Position numbers and translations under genes: made by a program | Shown: positions 20,441 through 29,819 of the stretch, in pieces | Numbering within the stretch: position 1 is the first letter of the stretch | Layout of the letters: every line of letters starts with the position of its first letter | The notes under the pieces: generated by a model | Told to the model about the DNA's origin: nothing | Database searches by the model: none | The model's input: the letters and a program-made list of their open reading frames with translations, nothing else | Sequence record: PZ445430.1 | From: a phage | Direction: 5' to 3' (one strand) | Length of the DNA: 64,000 nucleotides

Positions 20441-23391
20441 TGGCACTTAAAACTAAAATTATTGTACAGCAGATTCTGAACATAGATGACACTACAACTA
20501 CTGCTAGTAAATATCCTAAGTATACGGTAGTTTTAGGTACTTCTATTAGTTCTATTACTGCTAGTGAACTAATAGGGGCTGTTGAGGCCTCTGCTGCTTC
20601 TGCTGCGGCAGCAAAAGATTCTGAAATTGCAGCAAAAGAATCTGAAACAAATGCTAAGGACTCGGAGAACCTAGCTGCAATTTACGCTAACTCTTCAGAA
20701 ACTTCTGCAACTCAATCTGCTGCTTCTGCTACTGAAGCGGAGAGACAAGCTGGTTTATCTAAAGATAGTGCTGATGCCTCTGCTACGTCAGCTGAGGAAT
20801 CCAAAGGATTCCGTGATTCTGCTGAACTTGCTGCACAAAATGCTGAACAGAGTCGTCTATTAGCTGAACAAGCTAAGAAGGACGCTGAGTCTGCTAAGAC
20901 TGCTGCTGCTACTTCTGAGCAAAATGCTGCTACATCTGCTACTGAATCTACCAATCAGGCTATTGCTGCTGCTGGTTCTGCTACAGAGGCGGGAGAATAC
21001 GCTACTACTGCAAAAGACTCCGAGATAGCTGCTAAGACTTCAGAACTTAATGCTAAGAATTCTGAGAATGAATCTGCTATTTCTGCTGAAGCTTCTGAAG
21101 CTTCTGCTTCTCAGTCTGCTATTTCTGCTTCTCAATCTGCTGCATCCGCTACTAAAGCTGCAGAATCATCAGCTGCAGCAAAAATTAGTGAAACTACTGC
21201 TATAGAATCATCAGCTGCAGCAAAAACTAGTGAGATTAATGCAAAAACTAGTGAGACTAATGCAAAAACTAGTGAGACTAATGCAGCAGCATATGCAGCA
21301 GCAGCAAAAACTAGTGAGACTAATGCTGCTGATTCCGCTGCCTCTGCTTCTGACTCCAAAGGATTCAGGGATGAAGCAGAAGCATTCGCTGCACAAGCCT
21401 CCACATCAGCATTAGCAGCAAAAAACTCAGAAACTAATACAAAGACTAGTGAAATTAACTCAAAAGCTAGTGAAGACGCTGCTAAGCTAGCTCAGCAAAG
21501 TGCATCAGGTAGTGCGAATACAGCTACGCAAGCGATGACCACAACCAAAGGCTACAGAGACGAAGCAGAGGTATTTAAAAATACCGCCACTACTGCTGCA
21601 ACGACAGCAACAGACAAGGCCCTGGAGGCCGCTGGTAGCGCTACAATAGCAGGAGAGAAAGCTACTAATGCCACCAGTGCAGCAGATAGAGCGGAGACAG
21701 CGGCTGCATCAGCAGAACAGGTTATGCAAGCGTCGTTAAAGAAGGATCAGAACCTTAATGATCTTGCAAACAAAGACCTTGCAAGGGAGGCGCTAAAAGT
21801 TGAGGCTGTTAATTCTGTAAAAGATCAATATGCTGGCGCTTATAATTCTTTTCGTAATCCTGCATGGACTTATGAATTACGGATCGCTAACAATGGGGAA
21901 TGGCGCGTTGCGCGTAATGACAATAACAGCACATCTGCGCTTTCTATTGGTGCTGGCGGTACTGGTGCTGAAAACGTTGAGGGCGCAAAAATAAACTTTG
22001 GCATTGATCGTTTAAAGCAAACAGAAACAGAAACTATGATGTATGCACCAGGGAGTAACTCACCTTATCGAATCACAATTAGACCTGATGCGGTGTGGGG
22101 TGTTTGGACTGATGAAACTGGAAGATGGATTCCTCTTTCAATTGATGCTGGCGGCACTGGATCTAATACTGAAGTTGGAGCAAGAAAGAACTTAAATACT
22201 CCTGTTGGTGGTCAAGCAATTATTATTCCTAATAATTCAAACATTCTTGGGTTTATGTCAACATACGCAGAAAGCGGTTATTACTCAAGCGGAGAACTTG
22301 TTACATATCAACCACCTGAAGCCTCTGGTTGGTGGATGTATGAATTGCATGTTCACGGTAAAAATGCAAACGGTCATGTTGAGTATGGAAATATTGTTGC
22401 AACCGCAATGAACGGTAATAAATGGGGTATCATTTGCAGTGCTGGCTCTTGGGGTGGATGGTACAGGATAGCAAGATCTGATAGGCAATTGATGTTATTA
22501 AGTCCTGATGCTCAATCGGCTCTTGGTGATTACTCTATAGCAATTGGGGATCATGATTCAGGTCTTAAATGGGATCGTGATGGTCACATAAGCGCATTTG
22601 CTGATTCAGCGAGAATATTTGCATGGACTCCATCAGGAATAAACACTTACAGGGTCATATCATCTTATGTTGATGATAACGCAAGGGGTATGTATGTAAA
22701 TGGAGTTAGGCGCGGTGATCCAAACGCTCTTATTGCTGGTCAAGTTGAGGGTGGTTCATTTGCCGACTGGCGTAGTCGTGCGTCTGGATTGCTTGTTGAG
22801 CACACTGGATTTGATTCTGCGGTTGCCATATTTAAATCTGTTTATTGGGGGAAAGATTGGATAGCTGGCATGGATGTTGTTCCGTGGACTTCTGGCGGCG
22901 CTGAAACACATCTTTATGTTAAGGGCGCTGAATTTATTTTTGATAGTGCTGGAAATGGTAGCGCATCAAATTGGGTTAGCAGGTCTGACATTAGATTAAA
23001 AGCACATCTAAAAGAGATCGAAACGGCATCCGACAAAATTGATTATCTAACTGGTTATACTTACTACAAGCGCAACAATCTAATTGAAGATGAAAACAGC
23101 GTTTATAGTATTGAGGCTGGATTGATCGCACAAGATGTTGAAAGGGTTTTGCCGGAAGCGGTTCATTCTTTGAATAACGATGGTCAGCTAGACCCAAAAG
23201 GCGAGGCAATCAAAGGCATTAACTATAATGGTGTTGTCGCACTTCTTGTTAACGCATTCAAAGAGCAAAAAGCAAAGATTGATAATCAACAGGAGGAAAT
23301 TAACGTATTACGCAATGAGTTATATGAACTGAAAAACCTTGTAAAATCAATGCTTAACGGAAATGCTCCAACAATTACAGAACTACCGTAA
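20440..23391 (+). CDS. ltf: L-shaped tail fibre protein with Ala/Ser/Glu/Thr-rich repeat shaft and C-terminal intramolecular chaperone (peptidase S74-like) domain
   Basis: 983 aa; repetitive N-terminal half; C-terminal about 130 aa (SDIRLKAHLKEIETASDKIDYLTGYTYYKRNN...NVLRNELYELKNLV) resembles auto-cleaving chaperone domains of tail fibres. Confidence 0.85.
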   Translation: MALKTKIIVQQILNIDDTTTTASKYPKYTVVLGTSISSITASELIGAVEASAASAAAAKDSEIAAKESETNAKDSENLAAIYANSSETSATQSAASATEAERQAGLSKDSADASATSAEESKGFRDSAELAAQNAEQSRLLAEQAKKDAESAKTAAATSEQNAATSATESTNQAIAAAGSATEAGEYATTAKDSEIAAKTSELNAKNSENESAISAEASEASASQSAISASQSAASATKAAESSAAAKISETTAIESSAAAKTSEINAKTSETNAKTSETNAAAYAAAAKTSETNAADSAASASDSKGFRDEAEAFAAQASTSALAAKNSETNTKTSEINSKASEDAAKLAQQSASGSANTATQAMTTTKGYRDEAEVFKNTATTAATTATDKALEAAGSATIAGEKATNATSAADRAETAAASAEQVMQASLKKDQNLNDLANKDLAREALKVEAVNSVKDQYAGAYNSFRNPAWTYELRIANNGEWRVARNDNNSTSALSIGAGGTGAENVEGAKINFGIDRLKQTETETMMYAPGSNSPYRITIRPDAVWGVWTDETGRWIPLSIDAGGTGSNTEVGARKNLNTPVGGQAIIIPNNSNILGFMSTYAESGYYSSGELVTYQPPEASGWWMYELHVHGKNANGHVEYGNIVATAMNGNKWGIICSAGSWGGWYRIARSDRQLMLLSPDAQSALGDYSIAIGDHDSGLKWDRDGHISAFADSARIFAWTPSGINTYRVISSYVDDNARGMYVNGVRRGDPNALIAGQVEGGSFADWRSRASGLLVEHTGFDSAVAIFKSVYWGKDWIAGMDVVPWTSGGAETHLYVKGAEFIFDSAGNGSASNWVSRSDIRLKAHLKEIETASDKIDYLTGYTYYKRNNLIEDENSVYSIEAGLIAQDVERVLPEAVHSLNNDGQLDPKGEAIKGINYNGVVALLVNAFKEQKAKIDNQQEEINVLRNELYELKNLVKSMLNGNAPTITELP
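21160..21326 (+). repeat. tandem near-identical 21-bp repeats inside the tail fibre gene
   Basis: gcaaaaactagtgagactaat repeated consecutively with 1-2 substitutions (heptapeptide AKTSETN repeats). Confidence 0.8.
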
Positions 23392-23532
23392 TATAAGTGG
23401 AGTGCAATCTGTCACTGAAAAATATTGCTGCGAAACAAGCCTGAACATTGATTATCCTAGCAACGCAACGCGTGTTCTGCTATGTTAACAGTTCGCTGAT
23501 TCTTAGGCTGTTCTTATGTACAATATGAAAAC

Positions 23533-23558
23533 GCAAAATGCAAAATGCAAAATGCAAG
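23533..23558. repeat. (GCAAAAT)n heptanucleotide microsatellite
   Basis: gcaaaat repeated 3.5 times in the tail fibre 3' untranslated region. Confidence 0.85.
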
Positions 23559-23579
23559 AGGTTCGTTTTGCACCCTCTC

Positions 23580-23598
23580 AAAAAAAAAAAAAAAAAAA
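23580..23598. repeat. A19 homopolymer tract
   Basis: 19 consecutive A residues on + strand. Confidence 0.9.
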
Positions 23599-23644
23599 GA
23601 TTAATAAAATAAAGGAATTAGTAAAACAACTCCTTACTAAATAA

Positions 23645-23685
23645 GAGAAAACCCCAGTGGACAATCCACTGGGGTTTATTATTAT
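23645..23685. terminator. bidirectional intrinsic terminator between convergent late (+) and early (-) transcription
   Basis: CCCCAGTGG-ACAAT-CCACTGGGG hairpin flanked by A-run on one side and T-run on the other. Confidence 0.8.
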
Positions 23686-23948
23686 CTACTACCTGCAATA
23701 CTACCTAAGTTATATACTGCTAGCATGGCTTTAAGCATATGATCTTGAGATTCAGTGCAAAGTGCGATAAATCCTTCTTCATCCCACTGTTCTACTACAC
23801 CAGATGCACCAACTCTCAGTACTATTTTCTCAGGTTCAACGTATTTAACGTCAATCTTGTAAAAGTTAGATTGATCTACGCCTACTCCTACCATAGTAGG
23901 ACCAACAAAATTACTTACTTCCTGAGCTTCCAAAGCCGCCTTCTCCAC
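23682..23948 (-). CDS. hypothetical small protein
   Basis: 88-aa ORF, GTG start preceded by GAGGAG; overlaps dut 3' end; ends just before bidirectional terminator. Confidence 0.45.
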   Translation of the reverse strand: MEKAALEAQEVSNFVGPTMVGVGVDQSNFYKIDVKYVEPEKIVLRVGASGVVEQWDEEGFIALCTESQDHMLKAMLAVYNLGSIAGSR

Positions 23949-24357
23949 GATCAGTCTCCTCTAGTTCGTCAACGATTTCAAAATGATGAGTTGAGTAGTG
24001 TGGTAGTACCACTAACTGACAAAGTCTCTCGAAATTCTCCAGAGTTTGCATTTCAGAACCGTAGTTATAAAGGTTCATCTTAATAGTACCACGGTAGTCT
24101 GAGTCGATCACTCCTGCGGTGTTTGCGATCATCAGTTTACGCTTACCTAAAGAGCTGCGAGGAACTACCAAACCAAACCAACCTCGCGGAATTTCCACCG
24201 CGACACCGGTGTCAATCATAAGGGATTTGCCTGGTGCAATAGCACGTAAATCTGCTGCAAGGTTAGTACCGAAGAATGCACGCAGATCCATACCTGCGGC
24301 ATCATCAGAACCAATCTTCGGCATGCAATCTGGATGAGTTAGTTTAATTTTAATCAT
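23911..24357 (-). CDS. dut: dUTP pyrophosphatase
   Basis: 148 aa; trimeric dUTPase motifs including C-terminal RGEGGFGSSG. Confidence 0.9.
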   Translation of the reverse strand: MIKIKLTHPDCMPKIGSDDAAGMDLRAFFGTNLAADLRAIAPGKSLMIDTGVAVEIPRGWFGLVVPRSSLGKRKLMIANTAGVIDSDYRGTIKMNLYNYGSEMQTLENFERLCQLVVLPHYSTHHFEIVDELEETDRGEGGFGSSGSK

Positions 24358-25229
24358 TGTCCTGCGATCTCCAAAATATCTTTCGTAAACTTATCTAATA
24401 CGTCTTGACCTACAGCAGCAATAGCATCTACACAATAGGTCGGTAAATCAACCAGAATCAAGTTTCGGAAAAGCAACTCCTCCGATGCGTTCAGATTCTG
24501 TATATATTTCTGTTTCCCAGGCAACGGGAGTTGATCAATAATATCCAGAACATTACCAAATTCACGTATAATATTATAACCACGTTTCGCACCAATTCCT
24601 TCAACACCACGGATGTTATCGCCTAGATCTCCCATAATTGCTTTCAGAGAGATAAACTGGTCAACATCATCAACGTTGTGATGTTCATACATATCACGAA
24701 GATGATATTCACGACGTGTGGTAAAGGAGAAGCGAGAAACTCGATCGGTTAATAGAGTATCCCAGTCACCATCGGTAGAAATCAGCCAAACGTGATCGTA
24801 TAAATGACCAATGAGCTTAACAATATAAGCTGCCATATCATCTGCTTCTACACCACGAATAGTAAAGGTTGGAAATGTGGTTTCACACAATTCGAAAGCA
24901 TCACGAAGATATTCGAAGAACTGTTCATCTAGTGCTTTCTCTTCTTCTGTACGTTGAGCATACTTTTCATCACGATTTCCTTTATAATCAGGAAGATGCT
25001 CCAAACGGAATGCAGACTTTCCTTTATCACCTAGAACGATTGTAGTTCTAGCAGAATAAGATTTTGCTAGAGATTGAATTGTAGAAACATAACTTGATGC
25101 GAATGGTTTCTTACTATTATTATGCTTGAAGCGGAAGCCTAAGTTAGTTCCGTCAACAATCATTAGGTTGCGACGAGAAGCCAGCTCAGCTTCTTCCTCT
25201 TCAATAAATTTTCCCCAGGATTTACTCAT
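24354..25229 (-). CDS. flap endonuclease / 5'-3' exonuclease (T5 D15-like)
   Basis: 291 aa, same length as T5 exonuclease; N-terminus MSKSWGKFIEEEEAE...MIVDGTNLGFRF matches the sequence of that enzyme as I recall it. Confidence 0.9.
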   Translation of the reverse strand: MSKSWGKFIEEEEAELASRRNLMIVDGTNLGFRFKHNNSKKPFASSYVSTIQSLAKSYSARTTIVLGDKGKSAFRLEHLPDYKGNRDEKYAQRTEEEKALDEQFFEYLRDAFELCETTFPTFTIRGVEADDMAAYIVKLIGHLYDHVWLISTDGDWDTLLTDRVSRFSFTTRREYHLRDMYEHHNVDDVDQFISLKAIMGDLGDNIRGVEGIGAKRGYNIIREFGNVLDIIDQLPLPGKQKYIQNLNASEELLFRNLILVDLPTYCVDAIAAVGQDVLDKFTKDILEIAGQ

Positions 25230-25711
25230 TATTTAATTAAGTCCTCAACAGATACGTGATGTAACCATGGTTCGAATAACCCGATTACGATTTCCATGTC
25301 TTTCTTATGTAACACCATATGGGTACGACTCATTAAGTCATCTACCATCGGGTCTGAGCTATCCAAAGCAATTAACCACTGTCCTCTGTCTTTCTTGAAT
25401 ATTAAAGCTGGTTTGGAGTTCATCTGCTCACCTTCACGTGAGCACTGCTGCCACCACTTCTCTAGAGTGGATTCACCAACATTAAATAAGTTACTTGAAA
25501 TGCTATCATCTTTATACCACTTAACTTCGAAGCAGTATTTACTAATGTGTCCGCTTTGTGGTGGAAGGTAGATGTCACCCTTCAGTCCATGGCTCTGGCC
25601 AAAAGCACCAGAGCCTGGAACACGTTCCCACTCAAGACCTGTACGTTCACGCAGTATATCTCTTACCTGATATTCACCACGTTTACCTTTCTCTCTACTA
25701 TCTACGGCCAT
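25229..25711 (-). CDS. D14-like protein, putative PD-(D/E)xK nuclease / junction resolvase
   Basis: 160 aa; GDIYLPP...CFEVKWYKD resembles D-x(n)-E-x-K nuclease core; lies between SbcC-like and flap endonuclease genes. Confidence 0.45.
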   Translation of the reverse strand: MAVDSREKGKRGEYQVRDILRERTGLEWERVPGSGAFGQSHGLKGDIYLPPQSGHISKYCFEVKWYKDDSISSNLFNVGESTLEKWWQQCSREGEQMNSKPALIFKKDRGQWLIALDSSDPMVDDLMSRTHMVLHKKDMEIVIGLFEPWLHHVSVEDLIK

Positions 25712-25714
25712 GTT

Positions 25715-27553
25715 TTATTCTAAGTAGGAAAATCCTTCTGCATCTTTTTTGACAGTAATCTTATGGGCTAATGGATGCGTATGCCCATGAGAAACAATGA
25801 TAGAATTCAGACTATCTTCCTCATTTAATAATTCAACTAGAGTATCAAGTCCTTTCGTATCAATAAAGCTAATAACTTCATCAAGGAACAGAAGATTAAT
25901 ATTAACTTTACTAATAGATGTTAACAGCATTCGAATTGCTAGCAGAGTTGCTAGGTTAATTCTACTTTGCTGACCAGTAGAACAGTTCTCCATACTGGTA
26001 CGGTTTCCATCATTGAAGATTACTACTTGTAATTTCGTTTCATCAAGCTCAAATCCAAGTGCGAACTTACCACCAGTCATAATAGAAAGATATTTATTAA
26101 TTAATTCCTCAAATACTTTCACACTATGTTCTAGTTTATATCCTACTAGATTTTTCAATGCGGCAATCAGAATATCAAGATCAGCGACAGCTTCTGATAC
26201 TCCATCCAGTTTGGACGTTATCTCAGACATTTCTGCCTCAGCTTTCTCAATCTGTTCTAGTTTCGCTTTATACTTTGCATTGGCTAACTCGACATTTGCA
26301 TTATGCTCTTTGGCAATTGCAACTTTAGAACGTCCATCTGCGATTTCCTGTTCTAATTGTCGGATTTGCACCTGTAGGATTTGCACATTGAGTTCTTCAA
26401 AAGAAGCATCACTCATTGAATTTTTGAACTCGTCCCTAGCTGCTATTGCCTTATCCAAAGCATCCTTAGCTCTAGTATACGCAGTGTACTCGACTTGTTC
26501 TTTCTTCAACTGCTCTAGCGTAGCTTCAAGAGATTGCTTCTCTTTAAATAGAGGATCATACTCTGTTCTAGCCATATCCATTGCTTTTTGAGCAGCAGTT
26601 GTATCAAGATGAGTGCCACAAGTAGGACATTCAGTATTTGAAGCCTCTTGCTTGAACTTCTGATAACGTTTCTTGACTTCTCCCGCACGTGAGGTAACAA
26701 TCGTTAGGTCACGCGTAACACTTGAGATCTCTTCAGATTGGTCAGTGGGCGCAGGGAAATTTTTGAAAGGCTCGAAAGATTGTTCGGCAACTTGTACAGC
26801 TTTGTCCAAATTACGGAGTTTAGTAATATTAGCCTCTTGTGACTTGGCTAATGCCGCCTTAATTTTCGATTCAGTAAGTTCTTGTGCTAACGGTTCTTCA
26901 TCAAACTCTGGAACTTCGACTGGCTCCTGTAAACTTCCGAGATTACCTTTTCCATTAAGGATCTTCGTAATTACGGCCATCTGGCCTTGCAAGTTACTTA
27001 ACGTACTTGCCACTTCTTTACGATCAGCCTTAATAGTTTCTGACATCTCTTTATACTGTTCCTGATTGAACAGATTAACAAGAAAAGCTTTACGCGTTGC
27101 ATCAGTTGCTTTGAGGAAGTCTAGATTGGAACCAACAGATTGATAGATCAGTTTAGTGAATGTTTGGAAGTCACCACCCATAATCTCTTCAATCATCTTG
27201 TACGTTTGAGTTGCTGTGTGCCCACTGATATCTTCTCCGTTCTTAATCAGCGTAACCTTAGCAGTTGATTTAACTACTTTATGCAATTCATACTCATCTT
27301 CATCTTTCGAGAAGTAAGCGTGCATATCATACTCTTTCTTCGGAGAACCCCAAGAGAATAGAGCGTCCTTCTTGATACCACGTGAGTTCTTGTTATAAAA
27401 CAATTCCTCAATAACAGTAGCAATAGTGGACTTCCCTAGACCGTTTCCTCCTATTAACTGAGTAACTGGATTCTTATCGAAATGAATTACGATATCCTTA
27501 CCGTAAGACATAACGTTGCTGAATTTTAGTGTCTTAATTGTAATCTTTGACAT
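25715..27553 (-). CDS. SbcC/Rad50-like ATPase (T5 D13-like)
   Basis: Walker A GGNGLGKST, long coiled coil with CPTC zinc hook, signature CSTGQQ, Walker B LLFLDEV; start moved to internal ATG (MSKITIK) to reduce overlap with D12. Confidence 0.85.
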   Translation of the reverse strand: MSKITIKTLKFSNVMSYGKDIVIHFDKNPVTQLIGGNGLGKSTIATVIEELFYNKNSRGIKKDALFSWGSPKKEYDMHAYFSKDEDEYELHKVVKSTAKVTLIKNGEDISGHTATQTYKMIEEIMGGDFQTFTKLIYQSVGSNLDFLKATDATRKAFLVNLFNQEQYKEMSETIKADRKEVASTLSNLQGQMAVITKILNGKGNLGSLQEPVEVPEFDEEPLAQELTESKIKAALAKSQEANITKLRNLDKAVQVAEQSFEPFKNFPAPTDQSEEISSVTRDLTIVTSRAGEVKKRYQKFKQEASNTECPTCGTHLDTTAAQKAMDMARTEYDPLFKEKQSLEATLEQLKKEQVEYTAYTRAKDALDKAIAARDEFKNSMSDASFEELNVQILQVQIRQLEQEIADGRSKVAIAKEHNANVELANAKYKAKLEQIEKAEAEMSEITSKLDGVSEAVADLDILIAALKNLVGYKLEHSVKVFEELINKYLSIMTGGKFALGFELDETKLQVVIFNDGNRTSMENCSTGQQSRINLATLLAIRMLLTSISKVNINLLFLDEVISFIDTKGLDTLVELLNEEDSLNSIIVSHGHTHPLAHKITVKKDAEGFSYLE

Positions 27554-28511
27554 ATTTAGCAGCTCTAGCCAAGATTCTATCAATGTCGTCCTGAGACAGC
27601 TTTTCAACTTCACGGAAGTAAAGTTCAAGTTCGCCTAGCATATCAAGATCAACAAGATTTAACTTAGCATCTTTAGTAACTCGATGGTTAATCTTTTTAT
27701 CTAAGAGATCGGAATCTTTAATAGATTTTAACTGAACGACGTCACCAGTGACTTCATAGATTACACGGTCATAGTCACTAGGCTCCATTTCCTCACCAAC
27801 TCCGATTGTTTTACGAATCAGTTGAGGTAAGTCACCAAGTTCAATCCATTCTACTTTTAATGTATCGGTATCAATGATAAAACAACCATTTGTACCTTTT
27901 GTGCGTTCTCTGTGGAACGATGTAGTTAATGGAGATCCTGGATAAAGAAGTCTAGTAGAACCAACAGTTTGACTATTAGTATAAGAATGTAAATCGCCAG
28001 CAATTACAGTGTCATAACAGTTATACCTCGTTAGATCAATCTCTGGTTTTACATGTGGAGGGATTTCACCACGAACATGCGTGAAACATAATTTTGATTC
28101 AGATGGTTTCCACTTTGGTTTGTGAATTTCATCGTAAGGGATAATATCAAATTCAGGAGAACGATATGGTTTAGTAATGACTTCCCAATTTCCGTTTGTT
28201 ACTTTATTAATAACTCCTGCATAATGATACAGACATGAAATAGTTTTAGTTAACATTTCATGGTTCCCAGTGAAGATCTTGCCTGGATGGTCAAGTCTTG
28301 ACATGAACTGTTCAAGAAGTTCTATTTCTTCCGACGATGGGTCGGCAACATCAAGAATATCACCACCAGCAATATGCAGATCACAGTTATGATTATGGAA
28401 TATGTCATTTAACCGTTCTCCTAACATCAGGAAGCGACGCTTCTGCCATTCCTTTGGAACTTTATCTTGTCCTAATTTGATATGATGATCAGCACTAAAT
28501 AATATTCTCAT
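27534..28511 (-). CDS. SbcD/Mre11-like nuclease (T5 D12-like)
   Basis: calcineurin-like phosphoesterase motifs (SADHH, GDILD, GNHE). Confidence 0.85.
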   Translation of the reverse strand: MRILFSADHHIKLGQDKVPKEWQKRRFLMLGERLNDIFHNHNCDLHIAGGDILDVADPSSEEIELLEQFMSRLDHPGKIFTGNHEMLTKTISCLYHYAGVINKVTNGNWEVITKPYRSPEFDIIPYDEIHKPKWKPSESKLCFTHVRGEIPPHVKPEIDLTRYNCYDTVIAGDLHSYTNSQTVGSTRLLYPGSPLTTSFHRERTKGTNGCFIIDTDTLKVEWIELGDLPQLIRKTIGVGEEMEPSDYDRVIYEVTGDVVQLKSIKDSDLLDKKINHRVTKDAKLNLVDLDMLGELELYFREVEKLSQDDIDRILARAAKYVKDYN

Positions 28512-28550
28512 AAGTTAAAAAGAAAGGGAGCCGTAGCTCCCCTTGGTTTA

Positions 28551-29324
28551 TTAGTCGTCCAGATCGCTAGCAGCTTCAGCGTCGATGCCTTTCTGAGAAC
28601 CAGCATCACCACCAGACTTAGCGTCACCGCCGTCTTGCTTCTCACGACCTTCCATGAAGGCGAGAATAGCTTCTTTCTGCTCTTCGTAGGACGGAACCGG
28701 GTAGGTTTCTTCCAGAGAAGGAACTTTTTCAAACTTGATGAACTCACCAGTATCATCACACATAGCTTCACCGAGAATATCGGCATCTGCGGCGTGCAGT
28801 TTAGCTTCTGCGCTAGTAGGATCTTTCAGAGCCATCTGGAACTGCATTGCTGCGATCTGCTGTACATCGTACTCAGTATCGAAGCCTTTACCTTTCTTCT
28901 CGATAGAAATATCGATATCGAACGGGTCGGACAGTTTCAGCTGCTTCATGATAGACTGGATGCCTTTCAGGATAGTAGCTTTAACTTCCATAACTTTCAG
29001 TTTGTTATCAGAACGGTCGATAACGAAAGCGATGTAGTTTTTCTTCGGTTTCAGCGGAACACGATTACCATCTTTGTCCAGCTCTTTCTCGAAGAAACCC
29101 ATTTCGTGAATCGGGTCAGCTTTACCGCGAACGAAGCTCTCTTTAGTACGGTTAAAACGCAGGCACTCAAACGGAGCCGCATTACCATCTTTGTTAGTCA
29201 GCCAGTAGACATAACGCGGAAGAACACCAGAAACGATACGAACACGAGTTACACCGTTGTTGAATTTCAGGAAGTCGATTTTATCGTTAGAACCGCCAGT
29301 AGTTTCGCCCCAAGACTTAGCCAT
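28551..29324 (-). CDS. putative ssDNA-binding protein with acidic C-terminal tail
   Basis: 257 aa; C-terminus ...DAEAASDLDD is acidic like SSB tails; biased codon usage; function not secure. Confidence 0.4.
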   Translation of the reverse strand: MAKSWGETTGGSNDKIDFLKFNNGVTRVRIVSGVLPRYVYWLTNKDGNAAPFECLRFNRTKESFVRGKADPIHEMGFFEKELDKDGNRVPLKPKKNYIAFVIDRSDNKLKVMEVKATILKGIQSIMKQLKLSDPFDIDISIEKKGKGFDTEYDVQQIAAMQFQMALKDPTSAEAKLHAADADILGEAMCDDTGEFIKFEKVPSLEETYPVPSYEEQKEAILAFMEGREKQDGGDAKSGGDAGSQKGIDAEAASDLDD

Positions 29325-29679
29325 ATTTTATTTCCTCTTTAAAGATTATCTTCGATTTATTGATTGCAATTAGTGGGTTAGTGTCGATTACAGAACGTGG
29401 TATCCATATGGGAACATATTGCATGTCCAAACTCGGATCGTTTGTAAACTTATATTCGGCATAATTTCGTAGACTTAGAATTCCTAGATATTCTGCCAGT
29501 TGTCTATTAGACAATTTGTAATGGTTATCAACAATAGTTGATTCATTCAAGATGAATGAAGAACCGACCAGTAACTGGTGAGCATCAGGCTCTGCAAGCA
29601 TTCTATTAAATAGCTTGACAATCAGGTCGGAGTTTCCTCTAGCTAAGAGGTAAATTCTCTCGTAATCAAAGAATTTCAT
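29317..29679 (-). CDS. hypothetical protein with helix-turn-helix-like segment
   Basis: 120 aa; LSNRQLAEYLGILSLRN HTH-like; promoter upstream. Confidence 0.4.
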   Translation of the reverse strand: MKFFDYERIYLLARGNSDLIVKLFNRMLAEPDAHQLLVGSSFILNESTIVDNHYKLSNRQLAEYLGILSLRNYAEYKFTNDPSLDMQYVPIWIPRSVIDTNPLIAINKSKIIFKEEIKYG

Positions 29680-29819
29680 TTTTGTCTCTCATCAATTTAT
29701 GTATATATTATACATTAAATCGGGAGGATTTGACAAGTACAATTTTTATTTTTCTGCTTCGGACTTTCTTATCAATCCGAAACTTTCTCTCTCAAATTTA
29801 TGTGTATATTATACAATAA

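Noticed and set aside
21132-21415. Three short ORFs in alternate frames within the tail fibre repeat region
   Set aside because: Created by the 21-bp tandem repeats; nested in the tail fibre reading frame.
25262-25285. tRNA-like GGTTCGAAT string
   Set aside because: Inside the D14-like coding region with no cloverleaf context; no tRNA-like structures seen in intergenic regions of this window.
26013-27065. Two + strand ORFs (192 aa and 130 aa) inside the SbcC-like gene
   Set aside because: Antisense to a well-supported gene with Walker and signature motifs; Ser/Cys/Leu-rich composition; no start signals.
28635-29342. 235-aa + strand ORF
   Set aside because: Antisense to the 257-aa - strand gene, which fits the operon and has sensible composition; the + strand product is Phe-rich and unlikely.
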